A stretch of 64,000 nt of DNA, from the NCBI GenBank assembly GCA_047495785.1, contig JBLDXI010000032.1, positions 1,612,001 through 1,676,000 on the forward strand, read 5' to 3'. The DNA is from Lepidodermella squamata. Taxonomy: Eukaryota > Animalia > Gastrotricha. Shown here piece after piece: positions 47,749-60,484 of this stretch (the first letter of the stretch is position 1; each line of letters opens with the position of its first letter). A model generated the notes under the pieces. The model saw only the letters and a list, made by a program, of their open reading frames with translations, was not told the DNA's origin and did not search any database. The position numbers were made by a program, and so were the translations under genes.

Positions 47749-48782
47749 ATGTGTATAATTCCTCAATTTTTTAGTCAAGCCTGGTTTAAACACCCTTCAA
47801 CGCATTACCTGATTCTCATCGCAATTTTGTCCTTTTCAATCGGCTGGCTCTCTGCCAAGTTTTACGACATAATAAACAACCACGAGAATCACAAAAATTG
47901 CCCGAATTTTTCTGCTTATCACCACAAAATCAAGGATGGCGATGAATCATCATCAATTCAGCCGGTTAGACTCCTTTGCCTTGTCATGACATCGCCGTCT
48001 ACCTTACAATCCCGAGCTATCGAAGGCGTGAATGCAACTTGGGGGAAGCGATGCGATCAATTGATTTTTGTATCTTCGAAACCTAACAATTCCTTACCTG
48101 TAATATCCTGTAACTGCAACGAAGGTTACGACAATCTATGGGGTAAAGTTAAGGCCGGGTTCATCCACGCCCATCAGCACCAACCTGGCTACGACTGGTA
48201 TCTGAAAGCTGACGATGATACTTACGTAATCGTCGAAAATCTAAAGGCTCAACTTCGGAAATTAAACCCTGAAAAGCCGGTGGTTCTCGGCCGGCGGATC
48301 AGTGCGTTAGTCAGTGGCGGTTACATGGCTGGCGGGTCTGGCTACGTCCTAAGCCGGGCTGCTGTTCGAAGTCTCGTTGAAGACGGTCTTTTGGCTGATA
48401 AATACAAAAGCTGTAAGCGGAAGCGGGAAAAAGGCGTTGAAGATGTTGAAATGGGCAATTGCCTCCACGCGATTGGCGTATCATTTGTGGACACCCGAGA
48501 CTCGGTTGACAATTTGGAGACATTTATACCGCATGATCCTATTGAAAGCTTAACTACAGCCCATAATCGCAGCAATTTTTGGCTTCATATCTACAATTAC
48601 TATCGAACTTATGATGACGTATGTTTTCATTTCAAACTGTTAAAAATTAATTTGATTTTTTTATAATTTTTTCCCAGGGGCAGAAGTGCTGTAGCGATCG
48701 ACCAGTGTCTTTCCATCGTCTCAATTCGTCAATGATGCAAACTGTAGACTACTTTGTCTATCGATTTAAGAAAGCCCTATAA
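47749..48782 (+). CDS. C1GALT1: GT31 glycosyltransferase, C1GALT1-like (copy 2), 324 aa
   Basis: Same motifs as copy 1. Exons 47749-48618 and 48678-48782, with AATAAA right after the stop. Confidence 0.88.
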
Positions 48783-49023
48783 CAATAAAACACCTGACCT
48801 ATAATTTACTAAATTTTATCCAAGTTAATAGAAGTTTCTGATAAGGTTATTATTGTCTAGAAAAAACTCATTTTTTTCCGGACAAGCGAGACTTTTTTAT
48901 CTACATCGTGTTTAGGTTATAAAAAAGGAATACGTGCAGTTTAATAATGTATAAAACCAATTCTTGCTGAAAAAACGTTATATCAACTTTGAAAGAAATT
49001 CACTTGTAAAAGGAAACAAGAAA

Positions 49024-50735
49024 ATGCTGCTATTAATTCTTGCGTTTTCAAGCTCGGCACTCTTATTTTTAACCTATCGCCGGTACCTGCTCGACAAACG
49101 ATACCGCATCCCACCAGGCCCAGCTCCACTTCCATGGATTGGAAATTTGAACCAGCTCATGTTGAGCGATAAAAAGCCGATTCTATGGAAGTTATTCCGC
49201 GATATGGCTAGAAATTACGGCCCTATCATCACGTTCTACATGGGGCCTATTCGTATGATCATTTTGAACAACACCAAGGTCATCAACGAGGCGCTGGTTG
49301 AGAATGCTAAAACGTTCAGCTGGCGATTGGAGCAACGAATTCCGGGCTATGAAAAACTACAACAAGCCATCGCATTTGCAAATCATGATAAATGGCGAAA
49401 AAATCGCAGATTTGGCCTCAAAGCGATGAGAGACTTTGGTAATAATTGGGAATTTTTTAATAAATTAATTAAATAGCATTGAGTTTAAAATTGACTTGAA
49501 AAAAATTCAAAAATTTCTAATTATTTGAAAACACTTTTTGAATTTTTAAAATTTGTTTCATATTTTTTAAACAATTTTTCAAATTTTTAAAAATTAAACA
49601 TTTCTCAAAATATTTGAAAAAGAATTGAATTATTTTTTAATAAATTATTTACGAGTTGATTTTTTCAGGAATGGGCAAAGAGACGATGGTTGTCAAAATT
49701 CAAGAAGAAGTTGTGCCTCTACTCGATGAATTCCAAGCTCTGGCGAAATCTAACAAAACCGTGGATCCTGGAATGATTGTCGCTAATGCAGTGTGCAACG
49801 TCATTTGTTCACTGGTCCTTGGCAATCGAATGCACTACGACGATCCAGTATTTCGCCACGTCCTCAAGCTTGTTATGGAATTGACAAGTCAATCAACCGT
49901 TGAGAGCACCGCCTTTTTGTTGCTACCCTTCTTGAAATACCTGAAAACACCTAACCACGTGCAGGCATTGATTTCAATGTCTGATCTACTCGAGAGCCAG
50001 CTTAAAGTTTCGATAAAAGAGCATGAGTCGGATTTTGATGCTGAAAATATTCGCGATTTTCCTGATTTATTCATCGCATCTCAGGGTCAAAAAAGCGAAG
50101 CTATGGACATTCGTGAATTCTCTGAGATTATGTGCGAAATGTTCATTGCCGGGGCTGAGACGACCTCAACAGCTCTAACTTGGACACTTTTCTACTTGAG
50201 TAAGAACCCGGAGATTCAGCGAAAATGTCACGAAGTCATTGATCGAGTTATTGATACTGATCGATTGCCGACCTTGGCCGATCGGCCTAAGCTGGTCTAC
50301 ATCGACGCCGTTATGCATGAAGCACTTCGACACGCTTCAATTGCCCCACTGTCTCTGTATCACTCCAACTTGGATGAACATGCTAAATTGTCGGGGTATG
50401 ACATTCCAGCAAATTCACTAGTTTGCTACAACGTGACGGCTCTTCATTTCGACGAAAATTACTGGACGAGCCCGGATGTATTCGACCCGGAGCGATGGAT
50501 AGATGAAAATAATGGCCAGTTGTTGAACCATTCGTCGCATTTTATGCCCTTTGGCACAGGGCCAAGAATCTGCCTCGGCGAAGGTCTTGCTCGCGTTGAA
50601 TATTTCATATTTCTTGTATCGATGCTACACCGCTACAAATTTACCTTGGCAACCCCTGATGCGACCTATGAAGATGGATTCAACGGGTCTATTCACAAAC
50701 CACCGAGTTTCAAGGTCGCAATGGAATGCCGATGA
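49024..50735 (+). CDS. Cytochrome P450, clan 2 (copy 9), 493 aa
   Basis: Exons 49024-49438 and 49669-50735 (230-nt AT-rich intron); AGAETT, EALR, PERW, FGTGPRICLGE. Confidence 0.95.
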
Positions 50736-50989
50736 AAAAACGAAATGAAATACTGAATTATCTTGCAAAATTTCGCTTAAACCTTGAATTTTTCTACTAC
50801 ATAATGTTCTTCATTCATTCAAATAAAAATGAATGTGAATAATAATAATTAAAAATAAACTAATGAAGTACTGTAAAAATAAGTAATTCAGAAAAGTCCC
50901 TATATTGAACTATCTCTGACAACTGTTTGAGGCCATGTACCCATTTTTATTCATTTTTATTATATCTTCTTAGCAAATAACTGACTAGG

Positions 50990-51562
50990 CATGGCCAGTA
51001 TTGCGGTTGTAGGTGGGTAAAACAACCCACTGCATGGTTTTACATCGCTCACCGCGATAGTATTATCGTAATCGCACAATTTCCAGCACTTTCTATGGTA
51101 TTGTCTAAAATGAGGCCCTCCCCACCCTCAATTTCCACCGGCAGCGGCGTGTTAAGGGATAGCAGATATTTTTCACTGCGCGTGCACCTAAGAAAGGGAC
51201 ATGTCCAGAGTGCGTTATCCGACGCAGCAGCGTGAATGAAAAGCGCTTAACCTCAATCATCAATGACAGCATTATCTAAAAGCGCAGAGAAGAGCAAACA
51301 ATGTTGTTTTTGTGCCTAGAGGTCAAAAGGATTTGTGCACTGACCTAATTACCAAATTAGCGGTTACCGGTGTTTGATAAGTTCCGCAAGATGTTATGTT
51401 TTTTTATCAAAGAGAAAAACGGCCGGTGTGTGAAAAACTCCGAAATTCCGCAATTTTACAAACGATAACGCCATATTCTATAGCGGGCTGATAAAACGCA
51501 AATTTTCCCTTCATTAAAGATGACATCACAATTAATACCCTCAAAAAAGTGGTAAGAAATCT
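50990..51562 (+). pseudogene. Relic sulfotransferase copy: duplicated promoter plus internally deleted exon 1
   Basis: Colinear with 52200-52930 (TTGTCTAAAATGAGGCCCT, TCTAAAA.CGCAGAGAAGAGCAAACAAT, CACTGACCTAA). It lacks the ATG region and resumes at NFPFIKDDITINT..KSG|gtaag; no downstream exons. Confidence 0.8.
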
Positions 51563-52700
51563 ATGGCATTAACAAAATTCTGGTGAATTCGGAAGGAATT
51601 CCTCAATGGCTATCGATAGAGTATTCCATTATTTCCGAAAATGCTCGGTCATGCTACCGAATTAAGCGAACACGTTCAGAAAAGATAGTCCCGATATAGA
51701 AATACAAACTACCCATACCCTGACATTTTGTTGAGGCTGATTAGGCTGATTCCTAATGCTACATGACATTGGTAATCTTTGAACTTCGAGGTTATTTCCC
51801 TCCATATTCGTAACTTGGCGTCCGGCGCAACACGGACAAAGATTTACAGGTTTCCTAGTTTGGAAATGCCCACAGGTTACAAGTCAACGATACCTATCGC
51901 CATTTGCTAGAGGTGATTTGTATCGTAAGTGTAAAAGCGTGTTTCCAAATAGCATGACACTGATCGCAGTCTTTTTGATCTCAAAATGAACACTCTTGGA
52001 CATCATCGGGCTGTTTGCTACTCGCACATTAAATTACACATAACACTTATTCGGAAGTCGGATTAAGCCATGTTCTCCCAACCAAACAATTAATTTTCTC
52101 GAGGCTAATTGAACATAACATCTATTGTACTCCTGTAAACGCTTCATAAACTTCAATGATGAGGGCTAAATATGTTTTTACATCTATGACAACCTGCTAG
52201 TGTATGACTTGTGGCTGCGGTTGTTTTTTACGTCGTTCACCGTGAATGCATTATCGTGTTCGCAGAATTTCTGGTATCATCTTGTTTTGTCTAAAATGAG
52301 GCCCTTTCTTGCCCCCGCTTTCCAGCACCCGCAGCGGTGTGGAAGGGGAGGGGGGTGCGCTTGCACTTTAGAAAGAGACATCCAGAGTACGTTGTTATCC
52401 GACAAAAGCGTCAAAAAAAGCTTTAACCTTAATTATCAATACCTAGGTTATCTAAAAACGCAGAGAAGAGCAAACAATATTGTTTTTGAGTCTTGAGACC
52501 TTACGGCACTCGAGGATTTTCGCACTGACCTAAATGCCGAATTAGCAGTTTCTGGTGTCTGATAAGTTCTGCGAGATTTCTTGTTTTTTATCAACAAGAA
52601 AAACAGAGGGTGTGTAAAAAATTCCGACATTATTTTACGAACGATAAAACCACATTTTAGCGGCCCAAAAAAAGCATTTTCGAGGCGCATCAAAAGCATT

Positions 52701-53755
52701 ATGGAGCAGCGAGAGGAAAATATCACTGACAAGCCTCCACATGAGTTGACCAGGATTCAATATGCGCTAAGTATGGAAATTTTGGGCAACCAGAAGCAAG
52801 GACCCTGCCTGATCAAATGTCACGGTCATTGGCTGCTACCGAACATTCCTTACATATGGAATGAATTGTACAATTTTCCTTTCACCAAAGATGACGTAAC
52901 AATCAATACTTTCCCAAAAAGTGGTAAGTAATCAATAACATTAGCAAAGTTGTCTCTAAAATGTTTCTTCGTCAAAAGGGACAAATTGGATGTACTTCAT
53001 TGTCTATATGATGAAAACGAGGAATTTCGGTAAAATTCCAGACCATTTGAAGTTTCCCCTGTTGGACGTCCGCCATCCGCCTGTATCGCCCAAGTACTAC
53101 GCCGAACTGCCATCTCCCAGGGTTCTTTGCTCCCACATGCCTGGCTCCCTGTTACCCCGCCATGTCTTCAACGGCAAAGTGGTGTACGTGTACCGGAATC
53201 CAAAAGACGTCGCGGCATCACTTTACCATCACTACCAAGGCCTTGCCGGTTGGCGCTTCGATATGCCGTTCGAGGAGTTCATCAACGATTACTTCCTAAA
53301 GGGCGAAGTCTTCTGGGGACCTTATCCTGAGCATCTGCAAGAAATTTTAGAGCTGAAGAAACAGGGCAAGCCTATTTTGTTTGTGAGCTACGAGGAACTG
53401 AAGAAAAACACTCGAGCTACGATAAAGAAGTTGGCTGAGTTCCTGTGCGAAGATTTGAGCGAAGACATCATCGACACGATCATTGAGCGAAGCAAGTTTG
53501 AATCAATGCAGGAAAACGAGGATGTCAACTTTTCCTACTGGAAAACGGTATTAGCAATTGAAGATAAAGAGACACAAATAAAACGCATATTTTCATTTTC
53601 TGCAGGTTGGAATCTGGCGCGATGATGCCAAATTTCTGCGAAAGGGCCAGGTTGGTGGATGGCGGAATCAATTCACGGACAAGGATTTGTTAGCCAAGTT
53701 TGAGGACTTCGTAGCCAAAAATGTGCCGGCAGAATTACTGCCTCTCGATGATTGA
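52701..53755 (+). CDS. Cytosolic PAPS-dependent sulfotransferase (copy 1), 313 aa
   Basis: Exons 52701-52923, 52979-53547, 53606-53755. TFPKSGTNW (5'-PSB), PRVLCSH (catalytic His), YRNPKDVAASLY (3'-PB), FLRKGQVGGWRNQF. Confidence 0.93.
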
Positions 53756-54050
53756 GAAAATAAGATATATTTTCCAGCTTGAACTTACAGTAATACAAAC
53801 TAATTTCTGTTTCGGGTGTTAATGACTGTTTACTTCTCTTTCATTGATTGAAATTTCAGGTGGATCATTGAAATCAGACCCTGAATTCCATTCTTATTTT
53901 CTTCTTTGTCCGTGATATTTATTTTTGTCAAAATAAAAAATGTTCTCGGATTTCGTGGAAAATTCCGCATTCATGGATTTCTCCTTCAGAGCAGGAGTTG
54001 ATCAGAGGAAAAACACCGAACGCATTCATTTAAGAAATCAAATGTTCAGT

Positions 54051-54080
54051 CATAGAGATCAGATTAATCTGATCTCTATG
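54051..54080. repeat. Perfect 30-bp palindrome flanked by a near-perfect 8-bp direct repeat
   Basis: CATAGAGATCAGATTAATCTGATCTCTATG is self-reverse-complementary; the flanks are TGTTCAGT and GGTTCAGT. Confidence 0.9.
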
Positions 54081-54627
54081 GGTTCAGTATAGAAATCGCA
54101 CTTATATCAAGATGATCACCCTCATTCCAGAAAAACCAGGCCGATTCAAAGATTCACACTCATGCCCCGAGACATTGGGTCAAAGAGACAAAACAAAACT
54201 CAACAGGGCAGGGTTATCACCTATTGCCGTTATAACGGCATTTATCGGTGTGGCTGTCGGAATTAAGGACCTGCCGAGCCACGCCTCCTACCCTCCATCA
54301 TAGCTATAACCAGCGGGCATATTTTGCTCATCAACTGGAGGACATAACAAGGGAAAAATAAGCTTATCTATATAATAATCATAGCTTTCGCGCTAAATGG
54401 TCATTTACTGACAAATTTTCTGTTTTTGACAAGGTCAAGCCGTTTTGTACTTTAATTTGTCCCATAAAAGCGGCATTATCAGGCAAATAAATGTACGGGG
54501 TGACAATCCCCCGATTATCAGAAGCTATAAAACGTGCTAAAAGCGGCGTACGCAGTATTTTCAGCCTCCAGTTTTTTCAGGTGACGACGACCAAAATTCA
54601 ACCAATCATCTCTATTTCAATCGCAAC

Positions 54628-55685
54628 ATGGAACAGCGTGAGGAGTTCATCACAGACAAATCCCCAGATCAGCTTAACATGCTTCGATATTGTCAAAGTA
54701 TGGATTTGCTGGGCAATCAAAAGCAGGGGCCTTGCCTTATAAAATGCCATGGCCATTGGCTGTTCCCGAATATTCCATACATATGGAACGAATTGTACAG
54801 TTTTCCATTCGTTGAAGACGACGTAACACTAATGACATTCCCAAAGAGTGGTAAGATATATAGAATCTGAACGCTAGAATCTTGAACATGTATTTTCGCT
54901 GTAACAGGATCAAATTGGATGTATTTCATTCTATACATGATAAAAACGAAAAACTTTGGGAAGATTCCAGACCATTTGAAGTTTCCATTGTTGGAAGTCC
55001 GCCATCCTCCCGCATCGCCGAAGTTCTACGCTCAGCTGCCAGCGCCAAGGGTCCTTTGCACCCATTTGCCAGGCTCATTGCTACCTCGGCATGTGTTCAA
55101 CAGCAAAGTGGTGTACGTGCACCGGAATCCGAAAGATGTAGCCGTATCGTTGTACCATCACTACACTGGCATGACAGCCTGGCCGTTCGACATGCCTTTC
55201 GAGGAGTTCATCAACGACTATTTCTTGAAGGGCGAAGTCTTCTATGGTCCTTATCCTGACCATCTGCAGGAAATCTTGGATTTAAAGAAACAAGGGAAAC
55301 AGATTTTGTTTGTAACTTACGAGGAGTTGAAGAAAGATACTCGAGCGACTATCAAGAAATTGGCTGAGTTTCTCGGTGAAGACTTGAGCGAAGAAATCAT
55401 CGACCAGATCATTGAGCGAAGCAAGTTTGAATCAATGCAGGAAAACGATGATGTCAACTTTGCCCACTTGAAAGCGGTAAATATCATAACATCAAATTGT
55501 TCGAAATACTTAAGCATGTCTTGGTAAAATTCTAGCGTGGAGTTTGGGGCGATAAGGTGAACTTCATCCGGAAGGGACAAATCGGTGATTGGCGCAACCA
55601 TTTCACGGACAAGGATTTACTGGCCAAGTTCGAAGAATACATTACGAAAAACGTTCCTGCCGAACTTCTGTCACCAGACCACTAG
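54628..55685 (+). CDS. Cytosolic PAPS-dependent sulfotransferase (copy 2), 313 aa
   Basis: Exons 54628-54850, 54908-55476, 55536-55685. TFPKSGSNW, PRVLCTH, HRNPKDVAVSLY, FIRKGQIGDWRNHF. Confidence 0.93.
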
Positions 55686-56416
55686 GCGCGTCTTGATACA
55701 CTTGTTTCGCAAACTATATATATTTTTCCTATATCACTCGTTCTTTAGTGATTTGCGTTGATGTCTTTGTACAGACATAGAAACAGGCTGCCGCTATAAT
55801 AACCCGTAGGCAGTATACTCATTTTTTGGTGATAATTAGAAATAACAATTGCTGCTTCAAGGCGCTAGCTTGCCGCTATCTCTAGCTATACGCTATGATG
55901 AGATTCGGCATATTCAGATACAACAACGTGAAATGGAAGTGTTTGATGGCATGGATCAAGAGTAAAGTTATGAAGGCATATTTCAGTATCTGCATTTACG
56001 TACAGCAACGGTTACCCAATAGAATTAACATAGCGCTCCACTAGAAGTGATCTCGGAATGAAAGCAGCCAAATAGGCCGCTTTTATTTTTCCTACCTAAT
56101 CTTCAGATTTTGAAGCGAAGAGTTTAAAGGGAAGGCAAGCCATAGTTTATCCGTTCTGAAGTGTCAAAAGTACGAATTTTGTCAAAACTGTCAGGGCGCT
56201 ATGGTTTGACCTAGAGGTGGATATGGTTATCTTTTTTCTGGCCAACCTGGCCAGTGTCAGTTACCGTGTTGCCATGCATTGGCTCGCGCAAAGATGCTAA
56301 AAAAAGTTTTACAATTTTTTGTGCTAATCATTTGTTTTACTGCTTCCGAACTTGAGCCCTGCGCTTCTTACTCAGGCTATTAATCACTTCTGGATCATGG
56401 CACCTGAAAATGATCA

Positions 56417-56560
56417 AGGGCCCTAAGGCAAATTGCAGATCTGGCCCACGCGGGTCCTTGATAGTAAGGGATTTTTTATCTGATTTGTCAAGAATATTTT
56501 ATAGGGCCCTAAAGCAACTTACTTACTTGCTTCACTTGCCTAATGGATGCTCCGGCCCTG
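56417..56560. mobile_element. Probable hAT-type MITE relic (right end)
   Basis: Two AGGGCCCTAA.GCAA units and a terminus TTGCCTAATGGATGCTCCGGCCCTG resembling CAGGGCCGG-ended non-autonomous elements. The left TIR was not found. Confidence 0.35.
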
Positions 56561-56951
56561 CCTCCCACCTCATCAGATTATACCCGGAATGTCGATTTTC
56601 CTAACCCTCACCAGTTACCAGTTCTGCTGTCCTACTTCGCTCTCTATTATACCTGCTGTTTTGTGCCCAAGATTGTTGAGAAAGCCTCGATTAGGACCAC
56701 AACCCAAATCATAACCATATCGGGGGAACCTGTTTTTTTACCAGCTGTTTTCGATCCCTGGCTTGACTATAGGAGGTAAATTCTCGATGTTATAAGCGTT
56801 CTTTCGTCGACATAAAGATAGTTGGCTTTTGCGAAAATTCCATCCATTTCCTATCGTAGTCGTCACTGTAAAATGTTTTATAAACTTGACTGTGATGTTG
56901 GGAAATATTGGCATTTATTCACTTAAATTCTCTCTAAAAATGAAATATTGT

Positions 56952-59007
56952 TTAGCTCCACAAATCACATCTGTCTTTCGAAACCATAGGAGCACCTTTC
57001 GGGCAGTAAAACGCCCCCGCAAACTCGGCCGAATTCAACAGCGGCAAGTTGACCTGAAGCTTCGTAGTCTTCGCCTTATTACCTCCATCATCTAACAATT
57101 GATTCCTAAGGCAAGTCGACTGGGCGTTGGCAATGAACAACAGCCTAGCATCCTCCTCAGTGTACTTGGGCATTTTCTGCTTAAACATTTCAAAAGTCAA
57201 CTTCAAGCCCTGCAAATCCGCTGTTAACTCTGATCGGGGCGGGTAGCTGTCCTGACTAGCTGATTTTGACTTCAGCAAAGCATCGACACATTGATTTTTC
57301 GGCTCAGGCAGCGAAACTTGCCTCGCTTCCATCAACAATCGAGCGATTTCTCTGAACAAAAGCGGCAAGGATTGCCCGTAAATTGCAGCCTGAGGGTACA
57401 CATCGGCATTGAAGGCAGTCACGAGAAACGGCAAATTGAAAATAATCTCATTCGACTCTCTTCGAACAGCGACTGGATAATCCGGGGTGCCCAACTTCCG
57501 AAGTTGATCCGTATTACTTTTCCGTCCGAAATTGAATTTTCTCGACTCAATTCGATTTTCGACGTACGAAAATGCGTTGATATTCAGTTCGTCGTACATC
57601 GCATCGATTTCGTTTTGATCCAAAGATGACTGAAACGGCCAGGCATCTACCTTGATTGTTAGATTTTTCGATTTTGCCTCGATGAACTTTATGACTTGGT
57701 CAAGCTCTCCTACAGCAAATTTCGCCAATTTTTCATCGACGAAACTTCGCCGGTACATCGAGGAAACACCTTCGAACATTGCCGTAGAAACAGCCGATGC
57801 ACATTTGTCTCGATTTGTTGCGTCCAAGTAGTCGACAATTGATTTTAGAACAAAGAAATTTTGAAGTGTTGTGCGGCCCTTTTCGGTTGATATCGAGTCC
57901 TCAACCGATTTGCAGATATTTGACAGAGAGCAACAAGTGACGGCGTTAACCTCCGTCTTACTCGGGTCGACTTTCCAATTTTTGAGGGTGATTTCGGAAA
58001 TTTCACTCCAGTCGAAGATCGAGCAACATTTTCCGATAACTTTAGCTTCAGTTGAGGTTGAGTTGCTACATTTTTTAGCCGCTTCGTTCGCCGCATGGGC
58101 GAAGTTGATTACGTCATCGATTTCAGCTTCACTGGGTACCGGAACCCGTAATTTCTTCGTAATTTCCATCAATAGAGGCTTTCGTTTAGAAATTTGTTGA
58201 CTGGCATCAGTCGCCACGCTGTGTGGGTTGAAAACCAGAAAATTTACATTGGAATAGCCGAATAATTTCCGCAACTGTGAGTTCAAAGCACTCGTATTCG
58301 CAACCATCGACTCTTCGTTGAAGCCGCCCATTTTTTCAACAATTGAATCGATACTGCGGCCCAAGTTCGTGGCGTCTCCACTGTATTCACATGACGCGTA
58401 AAAATCGTGAACTTTCACATCAGTCTTCCATCTTGGTGTATAAGGCAACTTATTTACTAAAAAATGAAATGTTGATTATTTATCAATTAAGTTTGAGGTG
58501 GTTTTTTGTGGCTCACCGAAAATGTCTTTGAAAGATTCATCGATTGCTTTAGCTGACCATTTGATAGTTTGGCGAACTTGGTTTCTAACCTTGGCTTCAT
58601 ATCCGCAGGCAAATCTGTGAAAATCAATGCAAGGATCGGCGCTGTGATTCAGCATCGTGAACATGATATCGACTCGATGGGCGCACGACTGGCTGCGGCA
58701 TAACAGCGTGACGTTTTCTTGGGAGATCAACTGGTTTTTCACCGGGCCTTTCTTCGGCGAACTCGTGAAAATCAAGTATAGAGCAGCGGACAGTAGGGCT
58801 ATGAAAACAACCGCCAGTATTGCGATACTTAACAATGCACCTGAAAGAGAAAATTATTCAACAACTAATTCGAAAAATAGGCGTTATTTTACATCTTCGC
58901 CTTCTGGTGCGAATCCTATGGTATTTTACCGAACCGGCATAAGCGTTTAGCAGCTTTTGCGCAGCTCCGTCGTTGACGCTTTCGTTGTTATTCGTAGAAG
59001 CAGTCAT
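56952..59007 (-). CDS. Catalytically inactive M13 (neprilysin-like) type II membrane protein, 647 aa
   Basis: Exons 59007-58893, 58840-58517, 58456-56952. Short tail, RRRR, TM, CRSQSC, ADPCIDFHRFACG, LLFIANAQSTC, FAGAFYCPKGAPM..KDRCDLW. HExxH is replaced by REIAR. Confidence 0.85.
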
Positions 59008-60484
59008 GGCTTCAGGAATTCAGGCTTAAACCGGTACCTTTCTCAGATTGCACAGGTCTGGGTTCTATAGAATGGGGGCGTTTCACTAGTTTGATAACGC
59101 TATAACTTTTTGCACGCGTTTATTACAAGGAAAGGTGATAAGAATATAGCGTTAATTTAAAAGCTACAAGTGATAAGTTTTTTTTGCGATGAATTGGATA
59201 CGCTGCTATGCAGCAGTGCAAGTAAGAAAGAAAGTATGACCTATCGTTAGAAGGACTTCTAGCTTGATAGAACCCGTAATATCCGCTGGAGAGAACTGCA
59301 AAATGTTACCTTTTGGCCAGTTGAAAGACATGATCTCAGAAAAAACTACGCATGAATCGCCATTCCGATGAGTAAACTCACAAGTACCTGCTCCAGCTAA
59401 TGAGGGCTAATAAGTACGTCATTCTGGAACCATTCAACAATGCGACAACATATCTGCGACGTTTTTTCTATAGTGTGTATTGCGGATTGTAATATATGAA
59501 AATATTATACAGCCCAATGATGGACATTGCTAGATCGATGGAATCCAAGAAACATGTTGTCTGGTATATGGCTTCTATATGAATCTTGGTCGCACCTTAA
59601 ACAAGGAACCAAGGCGACGCTGATGATAAAAAAATCACCAAACGGTTAAACAAATATTGACATCTAATGCCATTCGAAAGGCATATGGCTATCACTTTTT
59701 TTTACTTTTGATGGGCTTCGAGGAAATCGGAACGAAGAAATTTATTTGCGCAATGCTACTTCTCTCCATCAGCCGGGCAGAAGGAGGTAGCCTTGCACTC
59801 ACTTCGCCGGCTTCAAGGCTTATATAGCAAGGCAGAAGGCAGATATCATGCATATTCAATCATGGGTATGTCTGCTTTAATCCAACGACCAAGAGTACTT
59901 AGATCTTAGATCGAAGAAGAAGAAAAAGGCTAACAATCGAAGGCGACAAACTTTCCATACAATTCAAGCTTGGCTTCAGCAAATTTGTCGTTGGCAATTT
60001 CATCCTTTTTAGCCGCTTCCTAGGAATACTTGGCCATAGATTCTGCGGCAGTTGGGAAAAGCTTCCGCAAGCTCTTGTTTACTGACTTCTGAATGGAATG
60101 TTTGGCTTAGCAGATCTGTCATCTAATCGATGCAACTTTGTTTTGACTTGTTCGGTTCTTCTTCTACATAGGCATTTATGCCCATGTAATTTTTTCATGG
60201 TTATAATAGCTGAGGGTTAATCAACTTAGTGTGATTATACTATTGTCTTGCTGGATCAATTAGCGCGTACTCAACTGAAATAAAAAATAGCTGGCTTTTA
60301 AGGTGGTTGTTTCATCTTCGATGCGCCATCATTTTCTCAGTTCGTCACTTTGTCATTCAAAAAAAGTGATGAAATAAAAAAAAACAATTTTATCCGCGGA
60401 CAAAAACAACTTGAAAAATAATGAACAATTGAGTTGGTCGAAGCTAGCCCGAGCAAAGTAGGACTTACTTAACCTCTTTGCCCT

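Noticed and set aside
18497-50748. Recurrent short alternative-frame and antisense ORFs inside the P450s
   Set aside because: They recur only because the P450 paralogs are similar; starts and stops are inconsistent between copies.
59300-60400. Moderately GC-rich intergenic stretch that might be a decayed gene or transposase
   Set aside because: No ORF of 60 aa or more and no recognisable motif in the frames inspected.
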